The notes under the pieces: model-generated
What the model saw: the letters and a program-made list of their open reading frames with translations, nothing else
The model's database searches: none
Told to the model about the DNA's origin: nothing
DNA from: Octopus vulgaris
Lineage: Eukaryota
Reading direction: 5' to 3'
DNA: 64,000 nucleotides
Assembly: GCA_951406725.2 (NCBI GenBank)
Contig: OX597816.1
Location: forward strand, 98,704,001-98,768,000
Made by a program: the position numbers and the translations under genes
Part shown: positions 51,954 to 64,000 of the stretch, in pieces
How positions within the stretch are numbered: position 1 is the stretch's first letter
How the letters are laid out: the number at the start of each line of letters is the position of its first letter

Positions 51954-53021
51954 TACAGGATGTTCCAGAAATATTTACCCATTGCTATTTCTTAATTATT
52001 CAAAATAAACCTAAGGTAGGGTATTGAAATTTGGCATTCATTCTCATGCAAATTCTCAATCCATTGCAGTAATTACATTTCAAAATGACCACATTTTGTC
52101 TGCAAACCAGCAGTCACTGAGTTGCAAGTGCCCCGTACCACGTCTTCACTCAACTTGGCCCATGAAAAACAGAAGGGTTTACTTAAAATCTGACATATCT
52201 GAATAGGAGCGAGCAGAAATATTATTCTCTAAGATGACCAGATAGCAAAGTCCATGATATTGATGTCTGGAGTTGAGGGAGACTATATCGTTTTGTCTCA
52301 AAAACCTCTGAAATAAACTTTGCACCACATTTATGTCAAATTGGATATGTAAGGCGGATTTCCGTCTTGAGGAAAGATGTAAAAGTCAGCTGAGGTTTCT
52401 GTAGCCCCGTGTTACACTTTCGCGTCCGACACTTCTACATAAAATTGAATTTTAACCTCGACGCCAGCACCAATGAAGATGAAGGTAGACTTGGACCCAA
52501 CAATGTAGATTTGAACTCTGTCGAGCCGTTTTTTTTTCGAAGCTGCTGAAATGAACTGCCGGGATTATTTTTGCATGCAATTAGTTTAAATCCTTTTTTA
52601 AAATCCTGTTCATTGACGATTTCGAAATGTCAAGTGCCTTTGCAGTTTTTCTTGCACTGCGTGGATTTCGATTCGCCCCCTTCTTCACAGCATCAACAGT
52701 GTTTTTATTTCTACAAATTCATTGTTTCCTACGAGTAACTGGTTGGTTGGAAATAGTAGCGGACTCCATATATCGTTTCCAGTTATTTAACACTGTTTTA
52801 CGGCACTCATTCAACTGGTTTGTTATGTCCTTGTTCCTCACTCCAGCTGCGTTTTATTTTCAACGTCATGTTTGTTTACAAACTTGTTGTTGACGAACGA
52901 AATAATAGATACATGAGCAATTAACATAAGTAAATTTTTATGTAAAATGTAAATATTACCAGAACCGAAATTATTTAAGAAGAGATTGAAATATGGGTAA
53001 ATCTTTCTGGGGCACGGAATA
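51954..53021 (-). mobile_element. DD37D (maT) Tc1/mariner-superfamily transposon, internally deleted, with decayed TIRs
   Basis: 'QDGNPPYISNLT*MWCKVYFRGF*DKTI*SPSTPDINIMDFAIWS' has 37 residues between the catalytic D residues; N-terminal 'RNPRSARKTAKALDISKSSMNRILKKDL'; TIRs tacaggatgttccagaaatatttacccat / atgggtaaatctttctggggcacggaata. Confidence 0.88.
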
Positions 53022-53155
53022 ATTTCCCATCGCTGTAGTGTAATAATGTCACAAATTCTGTTAATTATATACTATACATCAGGTCTTTGGGTTCTTTGTT
53101 TCTTATATATATATGTATATCTATACATATATATATGTACATATATGCATATATG

Positions 53156-53189
<34 letters not shown>

Positions 53190-53231
53190 AAACTTAGATA
53201 TGTTTCGACCAAAGATTGGTCCAGGCCATGT

Positions 53232-53279
<48 letters not shown>

Positions 53280-53339
53280 CAGTATCCTCCCAACCATCAT
53301 ATGCTTTATACACCGTTTGTTAAAATTCGTTCCTAATTC

Positions 53340-54960
53340 TTTTTTGATTACGTCATTCTTTTCCTTCATGACCGAAATTGATTAACTTATACGCCTTCTC
53401 ATCAGCCAAGAGACCTTCGAAGTGTCTTCTGAGTATCATCTGGATAATACTTCTGTACTTCCACGAGGCCAATAACTGTCTGTAAACATTTTGAGATGTT
53501 CGGCCCGACGGAATTCGGGCCTTCGTACATCTTTCACTTTGCTCCCTTCTCAAATTGTGGCATTTCGAAAGGGATTTCCAATTGATATACCATGCTTGCA
53601 TTGAGATTTCAATAACCCTTTGCATCGTAGCCAATCGATGCTCTATCGTCTTCGCTGTAGCCCACATCTCACTTGCGTATAAGTGCGTAGGTGGGACGGT
53701 GCAATTGAAAAGTTTGCCACGTATGGAATTGTCTTTCTTTTGCGTATATATATCGTTTACTGAAATAAGTAGCTTCAACTTCGCCCTTATTCACTTAAAG
53801 ATTTCAGCATCCATATCTTGCCGCATATTAATTATGTGTCCTAAATAGACGCACTCCTTTGCCTCATCGATTACATTGCTTCCCACCTATATTCGGCCTA
53901 GTGCAACGACCTCAGCTCGTATAAGTTTCTTTTGGTGTGGTTCATTTGCATACCTACTGGTAAGCTTTGAGTATCCATCCCTGTCTGTAGCTGCTCTGTG
54001 GTTTCATCGATGTGTACAAGGTCATCTGTCAATCGGAGGTGTGTTAGCTGCTCGCCGTTGATGCTTAAACAACCTACCCAATGAACGTCCTTGAGGACGA
54101 TTTCTAGACATGTTTTAAAGAGTTTTAGGGAAATGGTATCTCCTTCTTTGACACTTGTCTAAATAGGGACCTTTACTGGTGGTAATAGTAGAGATATATT
54201 GGTTGTGCCTCAAGAGTTTGCCTATCTGAGCAGTTTGATGTATTGCGCCTCAATACCTTGTTGATGTTGTCTGATCGGCTTGCAGAGAACACGATACTCG
54301 TGGTAATCTCTCATATTCCGCTTTATTGCTTTCCGTTTCTCTAACAATTTCCACTCTCCTTCGAGACTCTTCCGTCATTCTCCCTCTGGTCTGCAGGTTT
54401 TGCTTTCCATACACAGCTTTTAATTCTCTAGACCAGCAAATTGTACGTTTCGTCAAACTTTTATAGGTAACTTAATTTTTTTTTTTTATAGCTTCCTGTT
54501 TGTTTCACATTAAATGCCTTCACGCATTAATTCTTCTACGGGATATGCAGAGCCATTTTCTCTCAGACTTTATTGATCACGATCTTTGTGTGTAGCAAGC
54601 GATGGTCACTGCCTGTCTTGAATGATGCTACTATTGAGGTTTTCTGCAATATACGCCGTTTATAGATCAGGGGGTAATCAATTTCATTTTTGTGATGAGC
54701 TTTTGTGGTTGTCGAAGTGCACCTCCTTCCTGGTTACTTCCTTAATAGGTTGTTCTGAATGTAATTATTTTTTCTAATGTGGTAACCAAATATTCTCCTT
54801 TGCTTTCTCTTTCATGGACCAAACTTGCCAACATATTTGTCTTCTTGCCGTTTCTTTCTAATCTATCCTTTAAAATCCATGGTGAAAGTGAATTCCTGAA
54901 ACTGCATGTGTGGGATGATAAGTTTGCATTTGTTTCCATTGATGTACATGTGTTTCGTTT
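53340..54960 (-). mobile_element. Decayed RTE-clade LINE (APE endonuclease and RT)
   Basis: 'NEIDY', 'TGSDHRLL' (endonuclease); 'VKEGDTISLKLFKTCLE..INGEQLTHLRLTDDL' (RT); 'KLFNCTVPPTHLYASEMW'. Confidence 0.85.
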
Positions 54961-55011
54961 CATGTAATGCCGTAATGTATATGCATTTGAACATTGATAT
55001 CGAGGCATGTA

Positions 55012-55109
55012 TGTATGCTTTTGTAAGTATGCTTTTGTAAGTATGCTTAAATAGTATGCTTATTATAGTATGCTTAAATAGTATGCTTATTATAAGTATG
55101 CTTAAATAG
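55012..55109. repeat. Minisatellite, 13-15-bp unit with AGTATGCTT core (about 7 copies)
   Basis: gtatgctt repeated with ttgtaa, aaata or attata linkers. Confidence 0.85.
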
Positions 55110-55263
55110 ATATTATTTTAATATGAAAATGAATGTGGTAATATTTTTGCTCTATAAGCATGCGAGTTCATACGCATGTATAATATATTCCTATTCTTCT
55201 GAAGGAACGTTTCCTTTCACAAGAATTTTCTGAATTTCTTATGGGTATGTCTCAGGTACTGAG

Positions 55264-55265
<2 letters not shown>

Positions 55266-55361
<96 letters not shown>

Positions 55362-55367
55362 TGTGTA
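55266..55367. repeat. (GT)n microsatellite
   Basis: Seen directly. Confidence 0.95.
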
Positions 55368-56288
55368 TCCATATACATACAGACAGATATACATAAACGA
55401 TGCGTTTATAAAAGTGCACACTTTCACACTCAGACACAACACAAAAACACGCACACACGCACATAAATCTCTACCCCTTTCCACATATAATTACAGTCGG
55501 TTTCAATACATTTGAATTATGAATATATATATATATATATATATATGAATAGATAGATAGATAGATAGATAGTTAGATATATTATAATGAAAGGTTTTGG
55601 TATGTATCAAGTCTTTCTATATACACATACATACAAACGCGCGCGGAAACACGTGTATGTACATACATATATACATAAATATACATACATATATATACAC
55701 ACACAGTTATATATTCAGATAGGAATTTATGTATGTAAACATTATGCGTCCTAATGTGTATTTAACATTTATTTTCTGTTCGTGATTTTATTGTGAACAT
55801 TCCGATAATAGTATTAAACATCGTGCTTTCGTTGTTATATTGCTTCCAGTTCAATTACCTTTGATGAAAGTCTATAAAGACTTAGGTTGCAGGAATGTAT
55901 ACTCCCCGCAACATATATTTCTCTACAATTTTATTGGTACATAACATGTAATATAAAGTCCATTAATGATTTTACTGCATAAGCTTTAGGGAGGCATCCA
56001 AGCAATGTTAAAATATAGACTTTTCATACGTAGTTTTAATATTCTAACTTGTAGCCGGGCTTGTAAGGAAATAATGTATACCTCGACATTAAAAATTGCT
56101 GCAATCGTGACCTAACGGGTGAATTATTTAAAGCAAAATTCAGTATTTATACATACTTACGTATATTATAACTATTGTTGTTTTTGATATTATTAATGTA
56201 TGTATATACACAAACAAACACGCACGGGCACGGAAACACGCACTCACTAAAATGCACTACACACACATAACACACAGACAATCACACA

Positions 56289-56339
<51 letters not shown>

Positions 56340-56456
56340 CCCCGGTAAATTGAAAGTGTTGTCACGAAAAATATTTTGAACCTATACATATATTTCAGTC
56401 TAATGTATATCTATGTATCTCTCTCTCTCTTACCCTCTCGCTGTTTCTCTCTTACC

Positions 56457-56491
<35 letters not shown>

Positions 56492-56541
56492 TGCATGTAT
56501 GTGTGTGTGTGCTGTCTATATATGTAATACGTATGCATAAA

Positions 56542-56596
<55 letters not shown>

Positions 56597-59399
56597 TACA
56601 TATATATGCAGATGTTTATATGAATACAAACCTATGAACGCGTGTGTCGCTGGAGATGGGGTGTGCATACGTGCGTGCGTTGTGTATGTGTAGGTATGCG
56701 AGTGAGTGAGTGTGCGTATGTGTATGTGTAAGCGTGTGTGTTTGTGTGCGCGTGTGTTTCTGTGTGTACAGTATAAACTACTAGTCATACAATTTAGCAG
56801 CTTTGTGGAAATAAATCAAAGCTGTTACAGCCCGGATTTATCGCGCTATGAGGCAGAAAAAGGCATTTATTTTGTATACAGCAAGCACTGAATATCCTTG
56901 TTCCCAATTTTTATAGCTCTGTGTCATCTTTCACAGAATAGCATATTATAAATGCCTCTCCATGTGTTTTGCAAAAAGGTGGTACTTTTTGCGTAGCATT
57001 TTACTATTCATGTTTCGTTACTGTTGGCGTAATGAAATTCCTTTGGATGTATGTACCTTGTTTGCCATATTCCTTTTTATTGTTAACACAGTCGTATTAT
57101 GATATTTGTATATCGACATAGATTTCTTTGTAAAAATGTATTTCATTTAATCGTAATGTACTTGCTGTAAATATTGCATTTCTAAGGAAAGAAATGATCA
57201 CTAAACAACTAGTGCCACCCATAGCTCACCCTTAATACTTTTGTCGCCTTGTGATCTCACAGCACCCACACCTCAGAATCGCCATCGTCCGCTCTCGAAG
57301 AAGGCAGCACTAATCCTTCGTCAGAGCAAAAATACCAAACATTTTACTAAACAGATAATAGTAAATTAAATCTAATCGAAGTGTAATTAATAAATGACGG
57401 ACGACCGTTTCTCTGCCTCATCTACGTAACAGTGAATGCATTAACAAGGACGCTTAGTTAATTACTGATCAGTGTCCTATATTATTTCGTAGACAGCTTC
57501 AAATATGTTAGACCATTTAAATAAACACTCACCTTAGACTCAATATAAAACTTTTATGTGTCTGTATTAAATCATTCATTTCACAGTAGGCTAAAAAAGG
57601 GATCGTCTACTTAAATGTTGTCCTTAAGCCTAAATTCACCATCTTTACACGTGAGTGACATCAGTTTTTTTAATATATATATGAAATTCATAATTATTTA
57701 CAGTATGAACAAAATTGGACAGAAATAAGCTGATGAGTCTACTAGTATTATATGCAACTAGAAATGTCGTTTATAGGTATTTAGAAGATATCATTTAGCT
57801 TCTCGTGGTTGCATCACATGTTTTACCTTTCCACGTGGAGACATACTAGGGTTATGCTGACTAGTATACTATGGAGAGATTTTTCCTCTTTTTTCTCTAT
57901 TAACAGAGATAAATGATACATTTATCAGAGTATTACCTTAATTTCAAATAACCAGACACAATTATACGTATACAAATATATCTACATGTGTGTGTATATG
58001 TGAGTGCGTATGAAACTAGCGGATGGTGAGTTTGGTATCTCGTCGGCTAAACTACACTTATAATTTAATGGGTTTCTTTTCTGTCGCACGTTCGGATGCC
58101 TCAACTACTCCCAACTACTCTACTCGGCTCTGTGCTAGTCTACCTTGACGTCTAGACGTATCCTTCTATATCTACGTATTGGACTAGCCTACTTCATCGT
58201 CTGGGGGCGTCCATACAACAGTTTCTATGCCACACACGGTATATATCGATAAAAATGTGATCGTCTTTGCATGTAAGCATGTTATCGAGTATCACTGCTT
58301 CAGTTAAATTTCGGAAGCTACAAAAATGTATCTCGTTTACAAGCAATTCATTTGGAAATTTATTCACTAAGGTGTCATAGCTTCACAAATGTAATAAATT
58401 ACCATTTAAATTTGTTACCATACAAATTTATATCTTTCTACATTAGAATCAATTAAATACATATATTTCATTGTAGACATTCTATAGAAATATATATTGC
58501 ATTTACTTGCAGGGCAAAATCAATTTTGTAAGGCCAATCATTTAGAAAGTCATTATTTAGCGTTTGCTATTTATATTATGTAAAAGAGATTTCAAACTCT
58601 CATGATAGAACTTGAAAAGATAATTTAGTAACATCTGAATACAACATGACTAAATAATTTTCTACAAAGGATTGTTAATAATAAGTCTTTATCCAGATCT
58701 CCTAAATATTCTAGCTTTCTGAATACCAAGACCACTGTCATATATTCAATCATGTGAATAACTATTTCTTACTTCAGCAAATGACCACAATATTTAGAAA
58801 TGGCGGATACAAATCAATCGATGCAAGCTTATAATAGAAAGAGAGGGAGGAACATTCAATAACGTCTAGATTATTTAAATTCGGAAACTGAAACGACGTA
58901 AATAAACTCAGTTAAGTATTTAAAATCCGGAACACTATAAATTCTAGCAGTGCATATGATTATGCAATCTCAGATATAATTCAGAAATGTATGTGTGTGC
59001 GCGTATGAGTGCGTGTATATGTGTTAATAAATGCATATTAGTATGGTGCCCTGTAGGCATAACCGATGCTACGGAGGAACTAACTCTCTCCTCGCAACAG
59101 AGGCGGGATTAGAAATTTGAATTTAAAATTAAGGAATAGGAGGAAGAAGATACATAGAATTCACATGTATATTTACTACGAAACGTGATATTTCATTAAA
59201 CTTAAAGATGATAAAAATTTCAGTTTGGAAGAAAATCAAGAAATGTTTTTCCTTCTTCATAGAACATTGGTAGTTTAGGAAGAGCGTGTGAGAGAGACAA
59301 CGTTTTTTTATGTTTACGTACCGAGTAACAGTTGTGTCCAGGGTAATTCTACCTGGCGAGAATATCTTAAGATATTCAGCAGTTTCAGCATCAGTTACA

Positions 59400-59585
59400 A
59401 GCGATTTCACAAACCGCTTTCTATATATTCCTTGAGGTATAGACAACTTCTTCATGCTGTTATCTCCAATAGGATACCTTTCGCGTAGTCGAAGGGAAAT
59501 CCTTCATAATCAAAAGTACTCTCGTTTGACCGATGTACAAATGACAGAAGGAACAGGAGATGCAGTAAATGACGTTGCTAGAAGT
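59400..59585 (-). mobile_element. Penelope-like GIY-YIG endonuclease fragment (different family from 41250-41612)
   Basis: '[22 protein letters not shown]' is a PLE GIY-YIG motif with CxxC. Confidence 0.8.
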
Positions 59586-59631
59586 GTATGTATGTATATA
59601 TGTATGTCTGTATGTATATATATATGTATAC

Positions 59632-59715
<84 letters not shown>

Positions 59716-59725
59716 GTATATACTA

Positions 59726-60305
59726 TTTTACTCTTTTACTCTTTTACTTGTTTCAGCCATCCGGCTGAGGCCATGCTGGGGCACCGCCCTTGTTGCTACC
59801 CTCTCTAAGTCCAGTTTGCCGTGGCTGGCCACTGATCTAAGAGAGAGTTTGTAGCTGCTGCCCTTAGGTTACCTTCGTACCTTGCAGTGGGTTCATCTGG
59901 GATCCCGGAAAGCAGCTTGTTTAGATGTTTTTTGAAAATGTCCACATCTGCATCATGTAGATCTCTTAGTTTTCTTGGCAGTTTGTTGAAAAGCTGAGGG
60001 CCCCTGAACCCCAGGCTATTACAGTATCTGCTCCTTACCCTGGATGTGGAAGACAGGACCTTTGGCACCACACATTGACGTCCTGTACGGGGATTGGAAC
60101 AGCTCTCAATTCCAAAATTTGGTGCTAGTCCCTCCAGGATTTTCCATATGTATATCACTGCATATCTCTCTCGTCTTCGTTCCAAGGAGTACAAATTGAG
60201 TTCCCTAAGCCTCTCCCAATAGTTCTTTTCTTTCATGGTGGAAATCCTCTTGGTGAAATGTCTTTGGATTGTCTCAAGCTCTGTGGTTAGTTTGACACTA
60301 TGCAG
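59726..60305 (-). mobile_element. 5'-truncated CR1 LINE 3' end with open frame and intact tail
   Basis: '[55 protein letters not shown]' to stop at 59805; short 3' UTR; (TAAAAGAG)n tail; (TA)n on both sides. Confidence 0.93.
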
Positions 60306-60311
60306 TATATA

Positions 60312-60439
<128 letters not shown>

Positions 60440-60468
60440 AAAAAAGAGATGTCGAACACGAGTGGTGA

Positions 60469-60762
60469 TATATAAAAAGGAAATGAAAAAATGCTGACAA
60501 ATAATTGAAGTAATTTATAATTTAATTAGGTGAAAGTCTTCGTTGCGCATTTTTATATCAAAATATAAAGAGATTAGAGTCTCTTATATGTGAAAAAGAG
60601 GCTATATTTGCTTTTTCGCCTAAAATTTTGATTGAATCATTTTATAAACTATATATAAGAGACAGATATCTCTCTTTATATTTTGATAAGCATAACAAAT
60701 ATAAAAAGAACTATAATAAATTACTTAAATTACTTCAATTATTTGTCAGCATTTCTTCATTT

Positions 60763-60775
<13 letters not shown>
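60469..60775. mobile_element. MITE/foldback-like element with nested inverted repeats
   Basis: Outer arms 60469-60517 / 60726-60775 (aggaaatgaa.aaatgctgacaaataattgaagtaattta); inner arms about 60556-60589 / 60653-60688; TA-rich ends. Confidence 0.75.
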
Positions 60776-60816
<41 letters not shown>

Positions 60817-61082
60817 GTATATATATATATATATATACATATATATATACATATATATACATATATTTTATACATATATTTATATAAACATATATATATA
60901 TATATATATTAATATATATATTTGTATGTATATATATATATGTATATGAAGGTCTTAGTTGCCAATTTTGTACAAGACATTGTAGATCTTTAGCTAGGCA
61001 AAAAAGTCACATTCAATCACACCACCAGTAACAGTTAAACTTCGTGCAATGATCATACTCGATAACGAGGGGGCAGCCATAA

Positions 61083-61131
<49 letters not shown>

Positions 61132-61420
61132 TATATGTGTTATTGTGTATGTGTATATATATATATATATTATATATATATAGTGTGTGTGTATATATAT
61201 ACGTATATATATATAAATATATATGTGTGTATGTGTATATATATATATGTATATATATATATATAAGTGTGTGTGTATATATATACGTATATATATATAT
61301 ATATATATATAAAATACGTGTGTGTATGTATGTATGGATGTATGTATATATGTATGTACGTATGTATGTCCGAGTGTTTGTATTGTTTGTGTGCGTTCCT
61401 CTACATGTATGTATGTATGT
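60776..61420. repeat. (TA)n/(TATG)n microsatellite field with a short unique interruption (~60950-61080)
   Basis: Seen directly. Confidence 0.85.
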
Positions 61421-62084
61421 GTGTATGCGAGAATTATTTAAGAACATATTTGCTAATTTAAGAATGCAATTCTTATATAGCAAACTCCACATGTATTTTA
61501 ATAATGTACACAATTTCTCGATAAATTTCCTATGAGCTTATTCTATAGAACTGCATTTGATGATTGCTTCAACTGAATTGTAATATGTCTGCACGAAATA
61601 GTCCTTATACATATTTACCATTATATGGACAAAGGTAGACTTTACTGGAGCTTTGCTATTGTGGCCATGTTACTTAAACATGATTTTAGTTACACTCAAA
61701 ATGTGATGAATATAATGTAAATGTGGCGAGTATGGAGCAACAAGTTTAGTGTTAAATGATTATAAAGTTTTGTTGGCATCCATTCGTGTATTATGTGAGC
61801 GTTGCGAGAAGAGCCTGATACGAGTTGTAACAGGAAAGGCCTTCCACTGCAAAAATCTACCATTCAAGATTTAACCATGTTTCCTACACCACAACATATC
61901 TGCAGGCGTTAAATTTCAGACCCTGTGAAAGATGTGAGTTATATAGCATGTGTTTCTTTCCTCACTTATCCTATACCCAACACACCAGCTGGAAACTTGG
62001 TGTAAGACGCCTTGCAGACTTCATAAGAATCTACATTTAATAAGTTACTACTTCTTCTGTCCAACATTTGGTTGTTATTTATGT

Positions 62085-62680
62085 TATTTTCAGCAAAGAA
62101 CCGAATATTACCATTTTCAAAGGGCTTTTAAGCTTCTAATTAACCATTTACCACGGGTTAGACGGTTTTCCTGTGTCTTTGCACATATGGATTGGCCTCC
62201 TTACACCAGTTGTCTGCACTTTGCTGCGAAGTTAGTAATGTGCATGTGAAATGATGCATCATTGCTCATACTGATGCCCAGGTCTCTCACTGTTTGTGAC
62301 TCTGTGATTGCAGTATCTCCGTGTCCTGTAAACATCAGTTGTGTAGCCTTTGTGATCTTATAGCACAGTGATTAAAACTTTTGAGCATTAAATTGCATAT
62401 TATTTTGCTCTCTCCACTTGTATATTGCGTTTAGGTAATTTACGACATCATTAGGACGCTTTATTGTCTGTGATAATGTTGTATCATTGGCGTAGCTAGT
62501 GACAGTGGTTGTCTGAGTGACTGTGGGCATGTCTAAGACGGCTACTATAAACAGTAATGGCCCTAAGACAGTTCCCCGAGGGACACCGCTTGAAATTTGC
62601 TTCCCTAGAGTGTGCACGATTGGATGCAACCGTCTGACTTCCATCATTTAGTAAGTAATGCAGCCACTCTGCTGCATAAC
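62085..62680 (-). mobile_element. CR1 LINE RT fragment, decayed
   Basis: 'SGVPRGTVLGPLLFI..SYANDT..IYKWREQNNMQFNAQKF..RDLGI'; homologous to 33781-34560. Confidence 0.88.
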
Positions 62681-62714
62681 TTACTAAACACACACACGAA
62701 TATATATATACATA

Positions 62715-62882
62715 TATACGACGGGCTTCTTTAAGTTTCCGTCTACCAAATCCACTCAAAAGGCTTTGGTCGGCCCGAGGCTATAGTAGACGACACTTGC
62801 CCAAGGTGCCACGCAGTGGGACTGAACCCGGAACCATATAGTTGTGAAACAAGCTTCTTATCACACAGCCACTTTTGCGCCT
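62715..62882 (-). mobile_element. SINE family B 5' half
   Basis: acgacgggcttctt..ccaaggtgccacgcagtgggactgaacccggaacc..cacacagccacttttgcgcc. Confidence 0.88.
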
Positions 62883-62890
62883 ATAATATT

Positions 62891-62927
<37 letters not shown>

Positions 62928-62979
62928 CTAGAAGAGATACCCGGTGTGGCTCGGTATTAGGATGGCATTGTTTTTCATC

Positions 62980-63030
62980 GTCTTACTTGTTTCGGTCATG
63001 TGACACTTCAGCCATGCTGGAGCACCGCCT
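62980..63030 (-). mobile_element. SINE B / CR1-type 3' tail only
   Basis: ttacttgtttcggtcatgtgac..gccatgctggagcaccgcct. Confidence 0.7.
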
Positions 63031-63214
63031 TTCTGGGGCGAAAATATCAAAATAAGAATACTCGTGAAGGAGTGAAGATATAATATATATTTGGCAAAAA
63101 AAGTAAAATTACTATCCCGAATTACAACAATATCGGTTTCAACACACAATTTCACATCAGGAATCTTGCAATACAAATTGATAATCGGAAAAAAATTAAA
63201 TATATTATATATAT

Positions 63215-63590
63215 TTTTGTCTTTTATCACTTTCAGCTGAAACCTCTGGCCATGCTTGGGCACCGCCTTGTTACTACCCTGTTATTATTCAGAACTTCCT
63301 CTGATATGTGGCATTTGGTGAATAAGGGAGTTTGATGTTGCTGCCCTCATATGCACCTCCTGATGCTAGGTAGATTTTTCTGGGACTCTCGACAGGAAAA
63401 GATCCAATTTTAATTCGAAAACACCTACATCCACTTTGTGTACTTCCCTCAGGCTCTTTGAGAGAATATTAAAAATCTGTGGGCCGCTGAAACCCAGGCT
63501 GTTCCAGTGACTGGTCCTGAAGCGCGACGGCGTTGTTGGGGGTGTTTTGCACTATGCAGTGTCGACCTGTCCCTGCCATTTGTGTAGCTT
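63215..63590 (-). mobile_element. CR1 LINE 3' end, decayed
   Basis: 'SRFRTSHWNSLGFSGPQIFNILSKSLREVHKVDVGVFELKLDLFLSRVPE' plus tail ggccatgcttgggcaccgcc. Confidence 0.85.
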
Positions 63591-64000
63591 TCAAAGCTAG
63601 TATCTTCCAGATGTATACTATAGCACAGCACATCTCACATTCTTGTTTCTAAGTATGCATTGGCTAATATTATCTCATTACATTTAAAACAAAATAAGTT
63701 GATTTATACGAAATTTTGCGTTATTTCTAACACACCGAGCCATCAAGTACAGACTTTGTCTTTAGTCTGATCATTATGACTGACTGCTGTGAAAATTAAA
63801 TTAGAATAATACTAAAATTAAATGATTAGACTCGGTTCCAGTCATCGTTTGAACATTATTTCACTTCACTTATAATTGGTAATACGTACATTTCGTAGCT
63901 TCTAAACTAGTGACTGAAATATTAGTCACGTCAGTCAAGTAAATAGAAACAAATATCTCAGAAAAATTATGTTAACATGATACATTATCTTTTCTATCAA

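Noticed and set aside
53190-53240. Half hammerhead on the minus strand (GACCAA tct TTGGTC GAAAC ATA)
   Set aside because: No CUGANGA strand in position; at most a decayed terminal-repeat scrap. The same applies to the partial motif near 32545-32600.
55012-55109. CRISPR-like repeat-spacer look of the AGTATGCTT array
   Set aside because: Core is 9 bp, linkers are 4-6 nt and themselves repeated; eukaryotic context, no cas genes.
59050-59115. HDV-like ribozyme suggested by CTCCTCGC
   Set aside because: P1, P2 and P3 pairings and the J4/2 strand could not be assembled around the loop motif.

Overview
This is an AT-rich eukaryotic non-coding window with dense (TA)n, (CA)n, (GATA)n and (AAT)n tracts. 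The repeat complement looks like a cephalopod, probably Octopus (inference from SINE/LINE types and microsatellite load). No host protein-coding exon can be supported: the ORF track is mostly microsatellite artefact or transposon debris. Recognisable content: remnants of L1/Tx1, CR1 and RTE LINEs; Penelope-like elements (PLEs, RT and GIY-YIG pieces); mariner, DD37D (maT) and hAT DNA transposons; four tRNA-derived SINE families (provisional labels A-D); several foldback duplications. The most notable signal is about ten minimal hammerhead-ribozyme (HHR) motifs between 24 and 42.5 kb. Best case: a near-identical, non-coding, structured 545/546-bp tandem repeat (35152-36297) with one intact HHR per unit, a candidate retrozyme/circular-RNA system. 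Second: a PLE terminal repeat carrying a tRNA-derived Pol III-type head upstream of its HHR (40835-41100, 42056-42375). All translations and foldings were done by eye; boundaries of decayed elements are approximate.
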